NCBI GenBank assembly: GCA_963840935.1
Contig: CAWJAS010000001.1
Span: forward strand, 512,875-576,874
From: Candidatus Magasanikiibacteriota bacterium
Lineage (GTDB): Bacteria > Patescibacteriota > Patescibacteriia > Magasanikbacterales > GWA2-37-8
Length of the DNA: 64,000 nucleotides
Reading direction: 5' to 3'
This document shows positions 26,875 through 37,152 of this stretch, piece after piece. The stretch's first letter is position 1. Each line of letters opens with the position of its first letter. A program made the position numbers and the translations under genes. The notes beneath the pieces are model-generated. The model worked only from the letters and a program-made list of their open reading frames with translations. It was not told the DNA's origin and searched no databases.

Positions 26875-28125
26875 ATGCGAATCACAAAATTATTCGGCAA
26901 AACAGCCAAGTCGGTTTCCGGTGACGAGGAAAGCGTTAACGCCCAATTTTTAATCAGGGGCGGTTTTATTTCAAAGCAAATTTCCGGCATATACAACTAT
27001 TTGCCGCTCGGACTGCGAGTGCTCACAAAGATTCAAAATATAATTCGCGAAGAAATGAACGCGATCGGGGGGAATGAAATCCTGATGCCCGCGATTACAC
27101 AAGAAGATTCGTATGTGAAAACAGGAAGAAATGAAATGGATGTGCTTTTTAAATTTTTGGGCCAAGGCGACGCGCGGTTAGTGCTTAATCCGACCCACGA
27201 AGAAGTCGTTACCCCATTGGTTCAAAAATATGTTTTTTCATATGCTGATTTGCCGGTCGCGGTTTATCAAATTCAAAACAAATTCAGGAATGAACCCCGG
27301 GCCAAATCCGGCCTCTTGCGAGGAAGGGAATTTTCCATGAAAGACTTGTATTCATTCCATGCCGATGAAAACGATTTGGACGAATATTACGAAGTTGTGA
27401 AATCCGCTTATTTTAAAATCTTTGAACGCCTCGGCCTGGGTAACGGAAGAACTGTTTTGACATACGCGTCAGGCTCCACTTTTTGCAAATTTTCGCATGA
27501 ATTTCAGACTTTGTCTGACATCGGCGAGGATGAAATTTATTTATGCAAAAAATGCAATGTAGCAATAAATAAAGAGATTATCGACGACCAAAAATCTTGC
27601 CCGGTTTGCGATTCATCTGATTTGGAAAAAAAGATGGGTATAGAAGTCGGTAATATTTTTAAACTGAAAACAAAATTCACCGATGCCTTTGAATTTAAAT
27701 ATAAAAGTGAAAACGGGGAAGACAAGCAAGTGACTATGGGGTGCTATGGGATGGGGCCGTCTCGTTTGATGGGAACTATTGTGGAAGTTTTTCATGATGC
27801 CAAAGGAATGATATGGCCAAAAAATATCGCGCCATACCTTGTTCATTTGACCTTTTTGGGCAAAGATCCGGCCACAAAAAAACAAGCGGAAAAATTATAT
27901 GAAGAATTGACGGAAAATAATATTGAAGTTTTGTTTGATGACCGAGAAAAACCGTCTGCCGGAGAAAAGTTGGGTGATGCTGACTTGATTGGCTTGCCCG
28001 CGCGAATAATATTATCCGACAAAACACTAGCTAAAAAATCCGCTGAAATTAAATTAAGAAACAGCGAAGAAATACAAATGGTTCCGCTTAATAAAATTAT
28101 AAAAACTTTACAAGAGCTCAAATAG
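26875..28125 (+). CDS. proS: prolyl-tRNA synthetase, short form (editing INS domain replaced by Cys4 segment)
   Basis: N-terminus aligns with bacterial ProRS (AQFLIRGGFISKQISGIYNYLPLGLRVL), motif 2 FRNEPRAKSGLLRGREFSMKDLYSFH, motif 3 region GCYGMGPSRL; CKKCN...CPVCD where INS normally sits. Confidence 0.8.
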   Translation: MRITKLFGKTAKSVSGDEESVNAQFLIRGGFISKQISGIYNYLPLGLRVLTKIQNIIREEMNAIGGNEILMPAITQEDSYVKTGRNEMDVLFKFLGQGDARLVLNPTHEEVVTPLVQKYVFSYADLPVAVYQIQNKFRNEPRAKSGLLRGREFSMKDLYSFHADENDLDEYYEVVKSAYFKIFERLGLGNGRTVLTYASGSTFCKFSHEFQTLSDIGEDEIYLCKKCNVAINKEIIDDQKSCPVCDSSDLEKKMGIEVGNIFKLKTKFTDAFEFKYKSENGEDKQVTMGCYGMGPSRLMGTIVEVFHDAKGMIWPKNIAPYLVHLTFLGKDPATKKQAEKLYEELTENNIEVLFDDREKPSAGEKLGDADLIGLPARIILSDKTLAKKSAEIKLRNSEEIQMVPLNKIIKTLQELK

Positions 28126-28130
28126 CGCCT

Positions 28131-29258
28131 ATGAAAGTAGTGGTTCATTTTGATGAAATTTTTTTGAAAGGAAAAAACCAAGGTTTGTTTGTTAAAAAGC
28201 TGGCAGAAAACATACGCCGGCTTTTTGTTGGCGCTGTAGTCAGGCGAGTTGAAGGGGGATTAATACTCGATAATATTAGCGAGAAATATTTGGACCGGTT
28301 GGCCAATACGCCGGGAATTGCCAAATTCGCGCCGATTGTGGAATGCGACCCGACAATTATGGCTATACAAAAAACTGTGGGGCAAATTGAAATACCAAAT
28401 AACGCAAAAACATTTCGTATTTCCGCCTCGCGCTCGAATAAGAAATTTGAAAAAACATCCGAGCAGATGAACCGTGAGTTGGGCGCTTTTTTTGAAAATC
28501 ATTCAGGATTGAAAGTTGATTTAAAAAATCCCGACATAAATATTAAAGTCGATGTGGCAAAAAACAGAGCATTGATTTATTGGAAGGAATTTGAAGGTGC
28601 CGGAGGATTGCCTGTAGGAACGGCCGGTAAAGTATTATCTTTAATATCCGGGGGAATTGATAGCCCTGTCGCCTCGTATCAAATGCAAAGAAGGGGAGCG
28701 GAAATTGTAATAATTCATTTTCAAAACGAAACAAGCGTAACCGATGATGTATCGGCAAAAATATTGGACATCGCAAAGACTCTCGCGAATTACCAAAAAT
28801 CAATTGATGTTATAATCGTCCCGTTTGCCGAATTTCAAAAAAAAATAATCATGAATACGCCGGCTGATTATCGCATGATAATTTCCAGGCGTTTTATGAT
28901 GAAAATTGCCGAACAGTACGCCGTAAAACACAAAATATTGGCTTTGGTTACCGGTGATTCGCTTGGCCAAGTAGCTTCACAAACGCTAGAAAATATGAAC
29001 GCGGTCTATGAATCGGTCAAAATACTGACGCTCGCGCCATTAATGGGGACAAATAAAAACGAAATTATTAAAATGGCGGAAAAAATCAAAACATTTGATA
29101 TTTCAAAACGTCCCTACGAGGATTGCTGTTCTTTGTTTGTTTCCAAACACCCCAAAACAAAAGCAAAAATAAACGAGGTAAAAAAGATAGAAGAATCAAT
29201 GGGGGATTTGGCTCTTGACAAAGCCGAATATATATCATACCATATAAGTCTAAATTAA
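28131..29258 (+). CDS. thiI: tRNA 4-thiouridine synthase ThiI
   Basis: THUMP-like N-region and PP-loop SLISGGIDSPVASY. Confidence 0.75.
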   Translation: MKVVVHFDEIFLKGKNQGLFVKKLAENIRRLFVGAVVRRVEGGLILDNISEKYLDRLANTPGIAKFAPIVECDPTIMAIQKTVGQIEIPNNAKTFRISASRSNKKFEKTSEQMNRELGAFFENHSGLKVDLKNPDINIKVDVAKNRALIYWKEFEGAGGLPVGTAGKVLSLISGGIDSPVASYQMQRRGAEIVIIHFQNETSVTDDVSAKILDIAKTLANYQKSIDVIIVPFAEFQKKIIMNTPADYRMIISRRFMMKIAEQYAVKHKILALVTGDSLGQVASQTLENMNAVYESVKILTLAPLMGTNKNEIIKMAEKIKTFDISKRPYEDCCSLFVSKHPKTKAKINEVKKIEESMGDLALDKAEYISYHISLN

Positions 29259-29266
29259 CATGCTTT

Positions 29267-29845
29267 ATGATAAACGAGATTGTTTTTGACATTGAAACAC
29301 AAAATACTTTTGCCCAAGTGGATAACGACATGAAGAAATTTAAAATTTCGGTTGTGTCGATTTACCGCTATGAAACGGATTCTTTTGAAAGTTTTACCGA
29401 AAGCGAACTTAGTCGCCTCTGGCCGATTCTTGAAAAAGCAGACCGGCTTATCGGTTATAACAGCGAACATTTTGATTTGCCGATTTTAATGAATTATTAT
29501 TTGGGTGATTTAACCAAAATACCGCACCTTGATTTGCTCAAAGAAATAAAAAATAGCTTGGGAATAAGATTAAAACTTGATGACGTGGCCAAAGCCACTC
29601 TCGATAACGTGCAAAAAAGCGCGGACGGTTTGCAAGCGATTAAATGGTGGCAGGAAGGCAAAATTGATGAAATAAAGAAATATTGCGAGCAAGACGTGCT
29701 CGTAACAAAACAAGTTTACGAATTCGGTCGGGATAATAGGCAATTATTTTATAAAAATCTTACCGGTGATGTGATACCATTCGCTGTTAATTTTTCCATT
29801 CCACAAAAAAATGAAAGTAAAATTAATCTAACCTTACCATTCTAA
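29267..29845 (+). CDS. DEDDy-type 3'-5' exonuclease (RNase H-like fold, PolB-exo-like)
   Basis: Exo I FDIET, Exo II GYNSEHFDLPIL, Exo III YCEQDVLVTKQVY. Confidence 0.6.
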   Translation: MINEIVFDIETQNTFAQVDNDMKKFKISVVSIYRYETDSFESFTESELSRLWPILEKADRLIGYNSEHFDLPILMNYYLGDLTKIPHLDLLKEIKNSLGIRLKLDDVAKATLDNVQKSADGLQAIKWWQEGKIDEIKKYCEQDVLVTKQVYEFGRDNRQLFYKNLTGDVIPFAVNFSIPQKNESKINLTLPF

Positions 29846-29848
29846 AAT

Positions 29849-30253
29849 ATGATTACTTTGCGAAGAGAAACCGATTACGCCATTCACATGCTTGTTTTTT
29901 TAAAAAATTCCAAGCTCGATTTTGTGAGCTTAAAAACTTTGGCCGTGGCAACCGGAATTTCCTTTTTATTTTTACAAAAAATCGCTCGTAAATTAAGACA
30001 ATCAGGTTTAATTAACGCGGGCAAAGGAGTGAGCGGGGGTTATGGATTAAACAAGGACCCCAAAAAAATTACATTAAAAATGATAATAGAAGCGACCGAA
30101 GGAACAACCGATATGTTGCCATGTTTGTGTAAATCGACCAGAATTAGAAATTGCGCGAATTCCGATATACGGTGTTCATTAAGCAAAAAATTGGCCAAGA
30201 CAAATTTTAAAATAGGCCAAGTTCTCAAAAATGTAAGGCTGTCGGATTTATAA
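29849..30253 (+). CDS. iscR: Rrf2-family transcriptional regulator (IscR-like)
   Basis: wHTH DYAIHMLVFL...GLINAGKGVSGGYGLNKDP; Cys residues CLC..C; directly upstream of iscS. Confidence 0.7.
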   Translation: MITLRRETDYAIHMLVFLKNSKLDFVSLKTLAVATGISFLFLQKIARKLRQSGLINAGKGVSGGYGLNKDPKKITLKMIIEATEGTTDMLPCLCKSTRIRNCANSDIRCSLSKKLAKTNFKIGQVLKNVRLSDL

Positions 30254-30257
30254 AATT

Positions 30258-31466
30258 ATGATGCTCAAAAAACCCAAAAAAATTAAAAGCATATATATGG
30301 ACCATTCCGCTACCGCGCCGGTAGAAAAGCGGGTTTTTTTGGCGATGAAACCATATTTTATTGATGATTTTGGCAATCCATCCGCTTTGTACGCCATTGG
30401 ACGCAGGGCGTCAAAAGCAATAAACGAAGCAAGAAAATCAATTGCAGGTTTAGTTGGAGCTTTACCGGAAAATATAATTTTTACCGGTGGCGGGTCAGAG
30501 GCGAATAATTTGGCTATTTTTGGCGTTGCCAAAGCGAACAGTCATAAGGGCAAGCACATAATTTCCATCGGTATTGAACACCATTCTGTTCTTCATCCTT
30601 TGCGCGAACTCAAAAAACAAGGCTTTGATATCACATTTATTCCGGTTAATACTCAGGGTATTGTTTCGGCGGAAAATGTTGCAAAAGCAATCCGACCCGA
30701 CACAATCCTTGTATCCATCATGTTTGCTAACAATGAAACCGGCTCCATTCAGCCTATTGCCGATATTGGTCGGGAGATTTTGAAGTACAGAAAAAATAAC
30801 AGCGCAAATTTTCCTCTTTTTCACAGCGACGCCTGCCAAGTCGGAGGTTATTTAAACATTGATGTTGAGAAAAATCATTTGGACTTGATGACTGTTAACG
30901 GCAGTAAAATATATGGACCAAAAGGTGTTGGATTTTTATATTGTCGACGTGGAATAAAAATAGAACCCATTATCTTTGGCGGAAGTCAAGAAAAAGGCAA
31001 GCGCGCCGGCACAGAAAATGTGCCTGGAATTATGGGGCTGGCAAAAGCGTTAGAATTGGCGCAAACAAATAAAGAAAAAGAATCAAAAAGATTGCGTGAA
31101 CTGTGCGCCTATTTTTGGGAAAAAATTCAAAAAAATATCGAAGGCGTAATTTTAAACGGTCCTCCGATAGGTTCGGAACGCTTACCCGGCAATCTTAATG
31201 TGACCTTTAAAAATATTGAGGGCGAGGCAATGCTTTTGTATCTGGATGAATATGGTATAATGTGTTCCACGGGTTCGGCCTGCACGTCAGAATCGCTCGA
31301 ACCATCGCATGTGCTTTTGGCGATGGGAATAAAACACGAAATGGCTCATGGCAGTTTACGTTTTACGCTTGGCCACGGCAACAACAAAGCTGATATTGAT
31401 TACATAATCAAATATCTGCCTGCCATAGTCGAGCAATTACGTGAAATGAGCCCAATGAAACATTAG
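30258..31466 (+). CDS. iscS: cysteine desulfurase IscS/NifS
   Basis: GGGSEANNLAI, PLP-lysine region SGSKIYGPKGVG, active-site STGSACTS. Confidence 0.85.
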   Translation: MMLKKPKKIKSIYMDHSATAPVEKRVFLAMKPYFIDDFGNPSALYAIGRRASKAINEARKSIAGLVGALPENIIFTGGGSEANNLAIFGVAKANSHKGKHIISIGIEHHSVLHPLRELKKQGFDITFIPVNTQGIVSAENVAKAIRPDTILVSIMFANNETGSIQPIADIGREILKYRKNNSANFPLFHSDACQVGGYLNIDVEKNHLDLMTVNGSKIYGPKGVGFLYCRRGIKIEPIIFGGSQEKGKRAGTENVPGIMGLAKALELAQTNKEKESKRLRELCAYFWEKIQKNIEGVILNGPPIGSERLPGNLNVTFKNIEGEAMLLYLDEYGIMCSTGSACTSESLEPSHVLLAMGIKHEMAHGSLRFTLGHGNNKADIDYIIKYLPAIVEQLREMSPMKH

Positions 31467-31496
31467 ACATAGGCGTAATCAAAAAAAATAACTTTT

Positions 31497-31970
31497 ATGA
31501 AAAAAGAAGCGTCAAAAAAAAGTAAAACGAATAAAACAGTTGATGTCAAATCATACGATGGTTCTGATTGGATTTATTCGGATATTGTGAAGGAACATTT
31601 TTTTAATCCCAAAAATTTTATGCGTTATGGCGAAGAAAAAAAATTTAAATACAACGCCATGGGCAGAGCGGGATCACCGGCATGCGGAGATGAGATGGTA
31701 ATGTGGCTTATTGTTAATCCGAAAACACAAAAAATAACCGATTGTCGATGGCGAACTTTCGGTTGTGGTTCGGCCATAGCCTCAACTTCGGTTTTGAGTG
31801 AAATGATAAAAGAAAAAGGTGGAATGCCGATTGATAAGGCGGTAAAAATAAAGCCGGCCGAAATTTTAAAACGCCTTGGCGGATTACCGGCAAGAAAAAT
31901 TCATTGTTCAATTTTGGGCGATAAAGCCTTGCAGTCGGCAATAGACGATTGGAATAAAAATAAAAAATAA
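31497..31970 (+). CDS. iscU: Fe-S cluster scaffold IscU/NifU-like
   Basis: GSPACGDEM...GCGSAIASTSVLSEM...HCSILG three-Cys scaffold motifs. Confidence 0.8.
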   Translation: MKKEASKKSKTNKTVDVKSYDGSDWIYSDIVKEHFFNPKNFMRYGEEKKFKYNAMGRAGSPACGDEMVMWLIVNPKTQKITDCRWRTFGCGSAIASTSVLSEMIKEKGGMPIDKAVKIKPAEILKRLGGLPARKIHCSILGDKALQSAIDDWNKNKK

Positions 31971-32007
31971 TAAACGCCGAAATTAACGGCGATAATTATA
32001 TATTCAT

Positions 32008-32190
32008 ATGCCTTTAAACGTTGACAAAGAAAAATGCATTGGTTGCGGAGCGTGCGCTTCAATTGCGCCAAATACATTTAAAATGGGGGATGACGGAAAA
32101 TCGGAAGTGATTAACGAATCAGGTGACGCGAGCGATGTGATTCAACAGGCCGTTGACTCCTGCCCGGTTCAAGCAATCAGTTTGGAATAG
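32008..32190 (+). CDS. small [4Fe-4S] ferredoxin
   Basis: CIGCGACASIAP...CPVQAI. Confidence 0.7.
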   Translation: MPLNVDKEKCIGCGACASIAPNTFKMGDDGKSEVINESGDASDVIQQAVDSCPVQAISLE

Positions 32191-32403
32191 ATTTTTTGCT
32201 AAATTGAGCATAAAATTAATCCACATTCTTTCCACATTTAATTCACCGTTTTGGCTCGACAATTCATTGGTTTGATTATAAAATATAACAATCAAACGAC
32301 ATTTATGTCGACTGAAAATTACTGGCCAAAAAGCCGGTAGTTTTTATTAAAGAGTTTTTTTATTTTTGCTTATTTTCGCGATATTTGATAATATATCAAT
32401 CAT

Positions 32404-33075
32404 ATGAATTCAGGAATCTTATATATTGTTGCCACTCCGATTGGCAATTTTCAAGACATTACACTAAGGGCGCTTGAAACACTAAAAAGCGTTGATTGTA
32501 TTTTGGCCGAAGACACCAGAGTAACCAAAAATTTGTTGAATCATTATCAAATAAAAACGTCCCTAATCAGCTATCACCACCACAGCCAAGCGCAAAAAAT
32601 AAATCAAATTGTCGAACTATTAAACGAAGGCAAAAATTTGGCTCTGGTCACCGATGCCGGAACACCCGGAATTTCCGACCCGGGCAATATTTTGGTTTCG
32701 GAAATAATCAAAAAAACATCTGCAAATGTAATTCCCATTCCGGGCGCCTGCGCCGCGATTAGCGCGCTTTCGGTGTCGGGATTCCCGACGGATAATTTCT
32801 TGTTTAAAGGATTTCCTCCGCACAAAAATAAAAGACAAAAATTTTTCAAAGAATTGGCGGAACAAAACCAAACTGTTGTTTTTTACGAATCAGGCCACAG
32901 AATAATTAAATGCCTGAATGAACTTAAAGTTTACTTGCCAAAAAACCGTCAACTGATTGTCTGTCGGGAACTTACCAAAATCCACGAAACAATATACCGC
33001 GGTACAATAGACAATGTTATTGAATTAATGACGGAAAGCCGTGGTGAATTTGTAATCGTAATTAATCAAAAATAA
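32404..33075 (+). CDS. rsmI: 16S rRNA (cytidine1402-2'-O)-methyltransferase RsmI
   Basis: LYIVATPIGNFQDITLRALETLKSVDCILAEDTR tetrapyrrole-methylase fold signature. Confidence 0.8.
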   Translation: MNSGILYIVATPIGNFQDITLRALETLKSVDCILAEDTRVTKNLLNHYQIKTSLISYHHHSQAQKINQIVELLNEGKNLALVTDAGTPGISDPGNILVSEIIKKTSANVIPIPGACAAISALSVSGFPTDNFLFKGFPPHKNKRQKFFKELAEQNQTVVFYESGHRIIKCLNELKVYLPKNRQLIVCRELTKIHETIYRGTIDNVIELMTESRGEFVIVINQK

Positions 33076-33082
33076 TAAAACT

Positions 33083-34612
33083 ATGCAAAAAAAATATTAC
33101 GTAACAACCGCTATTCCATATGCCAATGATAACCCCCACATTGGCCACGCGCTTTTGTTTTTATATGCCGATGTTATTGCCCGTTATCAAAGACTGATTG
33201 GAAAAGATGTTTATTTTTTGATTGGAACAGACGAGCACGGTCAAAAAATGCTTCGTTCAGCCGATAAAAAGGGGATTGAAGTCGCCAAATATTGCGATGA
33301 AAAATCAGCCGTATTTCAAAACCTGGCTGACCAATGGGATATTTCCAATAATGATTTCATTCGAACTACCGATAAAAAACATATAATTGCGGCCCAAAAA
33401 ATCTGGCTTTCCGCGGAAAAATCCGGTGATATTTATAAAAAGAAATATTCCGGTCTTTATTGCGTTGGTTGTGAATCTTTCAAAACAGAAAAAGATTTGG
33501 TTGACGGAAAATGTCCGGACCACCAAAAAGAACCGGAATTGCTTGAAGAAGAAAATTATTTTTTTCGCTTATCAAAATATCAAGAAAAATTGGAAAAATT
33601 ATTTAAAAAAAATCCAGATTTTGTTTATCCGAAAAATCGCTATAATGAAATGTTGAATATTTTAAAAAACGGATTGGAGGATATCAGTATTTCCCGTTCA
33701 ACCGATAAACTCGCCTGGGGAGTTCCCGTACCGAATGACCCAAGCCAAGTAATGTATGTTTGGTTTGATGCTCTGACAAATTATGTAACCGCCCTTGGAT
33801 ACGGCACGGAAGATGAATTATTGTTCAAAAAATACTGGCCGGCCGACGCGCACGTGCTTGGCAAAGAAATAAACAGGTTTCATTCTTTGCTTTGGCCGGC
33901 AATGCTAATGTCCGCCGGACTAGAACTGCCAAAAATGATTGCGGCGCACGGCTGGATAACCGTAAACGGGCAAAAAATGAGCAAGAGCGTAGGCAATGTG
34001 ATTGACCCGATAAAAATGGCGAATGATTATCCGATTGAATTGATCCGCTACTTTTTTATGCGAGAATTGCCTTTTGACAGCGACGGAGATTATTCGGACG
34101 AAAAATTTTTGGCGCGCTATAATGGCGATTTGGCGAACGGAATCGGAAATTTGGTAAATCGTGTCGCTGTAATGATAGAGAAATACAGTGATAACTTAAC
34201 GTCAAAAATTCATCATCCCAATAAAATTATTTCAAATTCCACATCCGAAGCTTGGAAAAATTATTCACGCCACATGGACGAGTTCTATTTTAATCGCGCT
34301 TTGGATTCTGTTTGGAAATTAATTACCGACTGTGATGTTCAAATTTCTGAATTAAAACCATGGACTATGGCAAAAAATGGTGAATTTGAAGAAGTTAATG
34401 ATTTGCTTGGCTCATTGTCGGAGGCCTTACGAAACATCGCGATTATGATATATCCGGTTATGCCTGAAACATCGCGAAAAATACTTTGCCAAATCGGTCT
34501 TTCATCGGAAAATGAATTGGCAAAATCCATTCACGAACTGAGCAAATGGCAGAGTAATTACGCTATAAAAATAAATTCACCGGAGCCGTTGTTTATGCGA
34601 CTAGAAAAATAA
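33083..34612 (+). CDS. metG: methionyl-tRNA synthetase
   Basis: HIGH-type PYANDNPHIGHAL, zinc knuckle CVGCESF...CPDH, KMSKS. Confidence 0.9.
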   Translation: MQKKYYVTTAIPYANDNPHIGHALLFLYADVIARYQRLIGKDVYFLIGTDEHGQKMLRSADKKGIEVAKYCDEKSAVFQNLADQWDISNNDFIRTTDKKHIIAAQKIWLSAEKSGDIYKKKYSGLYCVGCESFKTEKDLVDGKCPDHQKEPELLEEENYFFRLSKYQEKLEKLFKKNPDFVYPKNRYNEMLNILKNGLEDISISRSTDKLAWGVPVPNDPSQVMYVWFDALTNYVTALGYGTEDELLFKKYWPADAHVLGKEINRFHSLLWPAMLMSAGLELPKMIAAHGWITVNGQKMSKSVGNVIDPIKMANDYPIELIRYFFMRELPFDSDGDYSDEKFLARYNGDLANGIGNLVNRVAVMIEKYSDNLTSKIHHPNKIISNSTSEAWKNYSRHMDEFYFNRALDSVWKLITDCDVQISELKPWTMAKNGEFEEVNDLLGSLSEALRNIAIMIYPVMPETSRKILCQIGLSSENELAKSIHELSKWQSNYAIKINSPEPLFMRLEK

Positions 34613-34613
34613 T

Positions 34614-35138
34614 ATGTCTTTTTTTGACATTACGGTAATAATAATAATAGTCGGATTCGGCCTAGCCGGGTTATGGCTTGGTTTTGTTCAATCAATCGGT
34701 TCCTTGCTTGGCACGGTTGTTGGCGTTTTTTTTGCTTTTCGCGAATATAGTCACATTGCCGATTGGCTTGCTTCGTTTACCGGCTGGCAGGGGAATGGAG
34801 CTAAAATAATAATTTTCTTGCTTTTATTTTTAGTTACCAGCCACGCTATCGGTTTGGTTTTTACTTTGCTTAACAAAGTTCTTGACGTGATTACCAGCAT
34901 CCCTTTTATCTCAACCATCAACCGTCTGCTTGGACTTGCTTTGGGGTTGGCGCAAGGAATTATTGTGGTCGCGGTGACAATGTATTTTATTGCCAGATTC
35001 CCGATAGATGAAAAATTCATGCTCGCTTTGCAAGATTCAAAATTAGCACCATATCTTGACGCGGTCACCAACATATTTAAGCCATTTATTCCGGAAGCGA
35101 TAAAAACAATAAAAAGCACGCTTGACGGCTTATTTTAA
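34614..35138 (+). CDS. CvpA-family membrane protein
   Basis: Four TM helices, N-terminal FDITVIIIIVGFGLAGLWLGF typical of CvpA. Confidence 0.5.
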   Translation: MSFFDITVIIIIVGFGLAGLWLGFVQSIGSLLGTVVGVFFAFREYSHIADWLASFTGWQGNGAKIIIFLLLFLVTSHAIGLVFTLLNKVLDVITSIPFISTINRLLGLALGLAQGIIVVAVTMYFIARFPIDEKFMLALQDSKLAPYLDAVTNIFKPFIPEAIKTIKSTLDGLF

Positions 35139-35146
35139 TCATAACT

Positions 35147-35989
35147 ATGCTTATTGATACTCATTGTCATCTGCAATTCAACGCCTATAAAGACGACGGG
35201 GATTTGGTTATAAATAAATGTGAACAGCAAAAAATGATTTTGAATGTGGTCGGGTCGCAGTGCGATACTTCAAAAAGAGCGGTTGAATTGGCAGAAAAAT
35301 ATCCGTTTATTTTTGCCACCGTCGGATTGCATCCGATTCATTCAATTTCCACCGAAGTTGACGAGGAAGAAATCCAATTTAAATCTCGCGAAGAAATTTT
35401 CGATTACGAATTTTATAAAGATTTGGCGCTTCACCAAAAAACAATCGCCATTGGCGAATGCGGTTTGGAACTTTACCATCTGCCAAAAGAAATGAACGAA
35501 GAAACCGCATTAAAAAAACAAAAAGAAATTTTTTTGGCTCAATATAAATTGGCAGAGGAATTAGACCTGCCTTTGGTCATTCATGTGAGGAACGCTCACT
35601 CGCAAATGATAGAAACGCTACAAGCGTTGCCCAAATTAAAAGGAGTTGTTCATTGCTACACAGATAATTGGAGCACGGCAGAGAAATACCTTGATTTGGG
35701 CTTATACATCGGCTTTACCGGAGTTATTACTTTTCCGGCAAAAAAAACTTGCCCGGAAATACAAAATAATTTGATTGAAGTAGTCAAAAATTGTCCAATG
35801 GACCGAATTTTAATCGAGACCGACGCGCCATATTTGGCACCGCAAAAATTCAGAGGTGAAAGATGCGAACCATGGATGGTTGCCGAGGTTGCCGAGAAAA
35901 TCGCTGAAATAAAGAAAATTCCTTTTAAAGAGGTTGTCCAAATGACCGGTAATAACGCTCTAAAACTTTTTTCAAAGATCAAGATTTAA
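35147..35989 (+). CDS. tatD: TatD-family metal-dependent DNase/hydrolase
   Basis: MLIDTHCHL, GECGLE, HCYTD, ETDAPY motifs. Confidence 0.85.
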   Translation: MLIDTHCHLQFNAYKDDGDLVINKCEQQKMILNVVGSQCDTSKRAVELAEKYPFIFATVGLHPIHSISTEVDEEEIQFKSREEIFDYEFYKDLALHQKTIAIGECGLELYHLPKEMNEETALKKQKEIFLAQYKLAEELDLPLVIHVRNAHSQMIETLQALPKLKGVVHCYTDNWSTAEKYLDLGLYIGFTGVITFPAKKTCPEIQNNLIEVVKNCPMDRILIETDAPYLAPQKFRGERCEPWMVAEVAEKIAEIKKIPFKEVVQMTGNNALKLFSKIKI

Positions 35990-36026
35990 CCGATTTAAAG
36001 TTATCCCCAAAAAAAAATTTATAGCA

Positions 36027-36055
36027 TTGACTTTTTCGCGTTTCATTAGTAAAAT
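36027..36055 (+). promoter_or_regulatory. sigma70-type promoter ttgact-17-taaaat for atp operon
   Basis: ttgact 36027-36032, taaaat 36050-36055, 30 nt upstream of atpI-like start. Confidence 0.5.
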
Positions 36056-36085
36056 ATTGTCGCGTCAAAAAGTGATAAATCGCCT

Positions 36086-36334
36086 ATGAACTCAACAGAC
36101 CGCAAATACTATATATTTGCTTTAAAAATTATGCTGGATTTTGGCGCCACCATTGCGGTACCGGCTGTTATATTTTCACTAGCCGGCCAGTACTTTGACG
36201 CCAAATACGATAAAGCCCCGTTGTTTTTAATATTATTTCTTGTCACCGCTTTATTAATTACAATGAGTGTACTATTTAAAAAAGCAAAAATTTACGGTAA
36301 TTTATATCAAGAAATTGATAAAAAAGACGAATAA
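36086..36334 (+). CDS. small membrane protein at head of atp operon (AtpI/AtpZ-like)
   Basis: Two TM helices, position immediately upstream of atpB. Confidence 0.4.
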   Translation: MNSTDRKYYIFALKIMLDFGATIAVPAVIFSLAGQYFDAKYDKAPLFLILFLVTALLITMSVLFKKAKIYGNLYQEIDKKDE

Positions 36335-36336
36335 TT

Positions 36337-37116
36337 ATGCATATTCCCGGATTGGCTCCAGATATCTTGTTCCATATCGGCTCAACGCCGATAACAAACA
36401 CAATGATAAATACATGGCTCGCGCTGATAATATTTATTGATTATCGGCTTTTTTATTCGTAAAAATGTCGCCATTCGCCCGGGGAAATTTCAAAATGCTT
36501 TTGAATTTTTTTTGGAGGCAATTCTCGGACTCTTTGACCAAGTAACGGGGGACCGCAAAAAAACAATGAAATTTTTTCCTTTAGTCGGCTCAATTTTTTT
36601 CTTTATTTTACTTTCAAATTGGCTTGGGCTTTTACCCGGAACCGGCAGTATTACCTTTAACCACAGTCCGCTTTTGCGTCCGGCCAACACTGATTTGAAT
36701 TTGGTTTTAGGCATGACACTCGTCGTCGCTCATCGCTTCGCACGTACTTGGTCTTTTTGCGGTTGGATTTTTTCGCTTATTTTGGAAAATTTATTCAAAT
36801 CAAACCTTTTATATTGAGTTTTAAAAAGGGGCCAATCGCCGTTTTTACGGCATTTGTCGAAATGTTTGTCGGTGTGTTAGAAATAATCAGTGAAATGGCA
36901 AAAGCGTTGTCGCTCACTTTTCGTTTATTCGGAAACATTTTCGCCGGTGAAGTATTGATTGTGGTCATGACCTCGCTTGTGGCATTTTTGGTTCCGACCC
37001 CTTTCATGCTTTTGGAACTTTTGGTCGGATTAATTCAAGCCGGAGTATTTTCTATTTTAACGCTAGTCTATCTTACCGTCGCCACCACCGAACCGCACGG
37101 AGCGGAAAGTCATTAA
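36337..37116 (+). pseudogene. atpB: F0F1 ATP synthase subunit a (atpB) read through three frames: two apparent compensating frameshifts
   Basis: N-terminus MHIPGLAPDILFHIGSTPITNTMINTWLALIIFI in frame 1 stops at 36460; middle (..FFPLVGSIFFFILLSNWLGLLPG..LLRPANTDLNLVLGMTLVV) in frame 2 (36437-36817); C-terminus (..LSLTFRLFGNIFAGEVL..) back in frame 1 (36748-37116). Confidence 0.7.
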
Positions 37117-37152
37117 ATACAAAATTAATTAATTATTAAATAATTTAATTGT

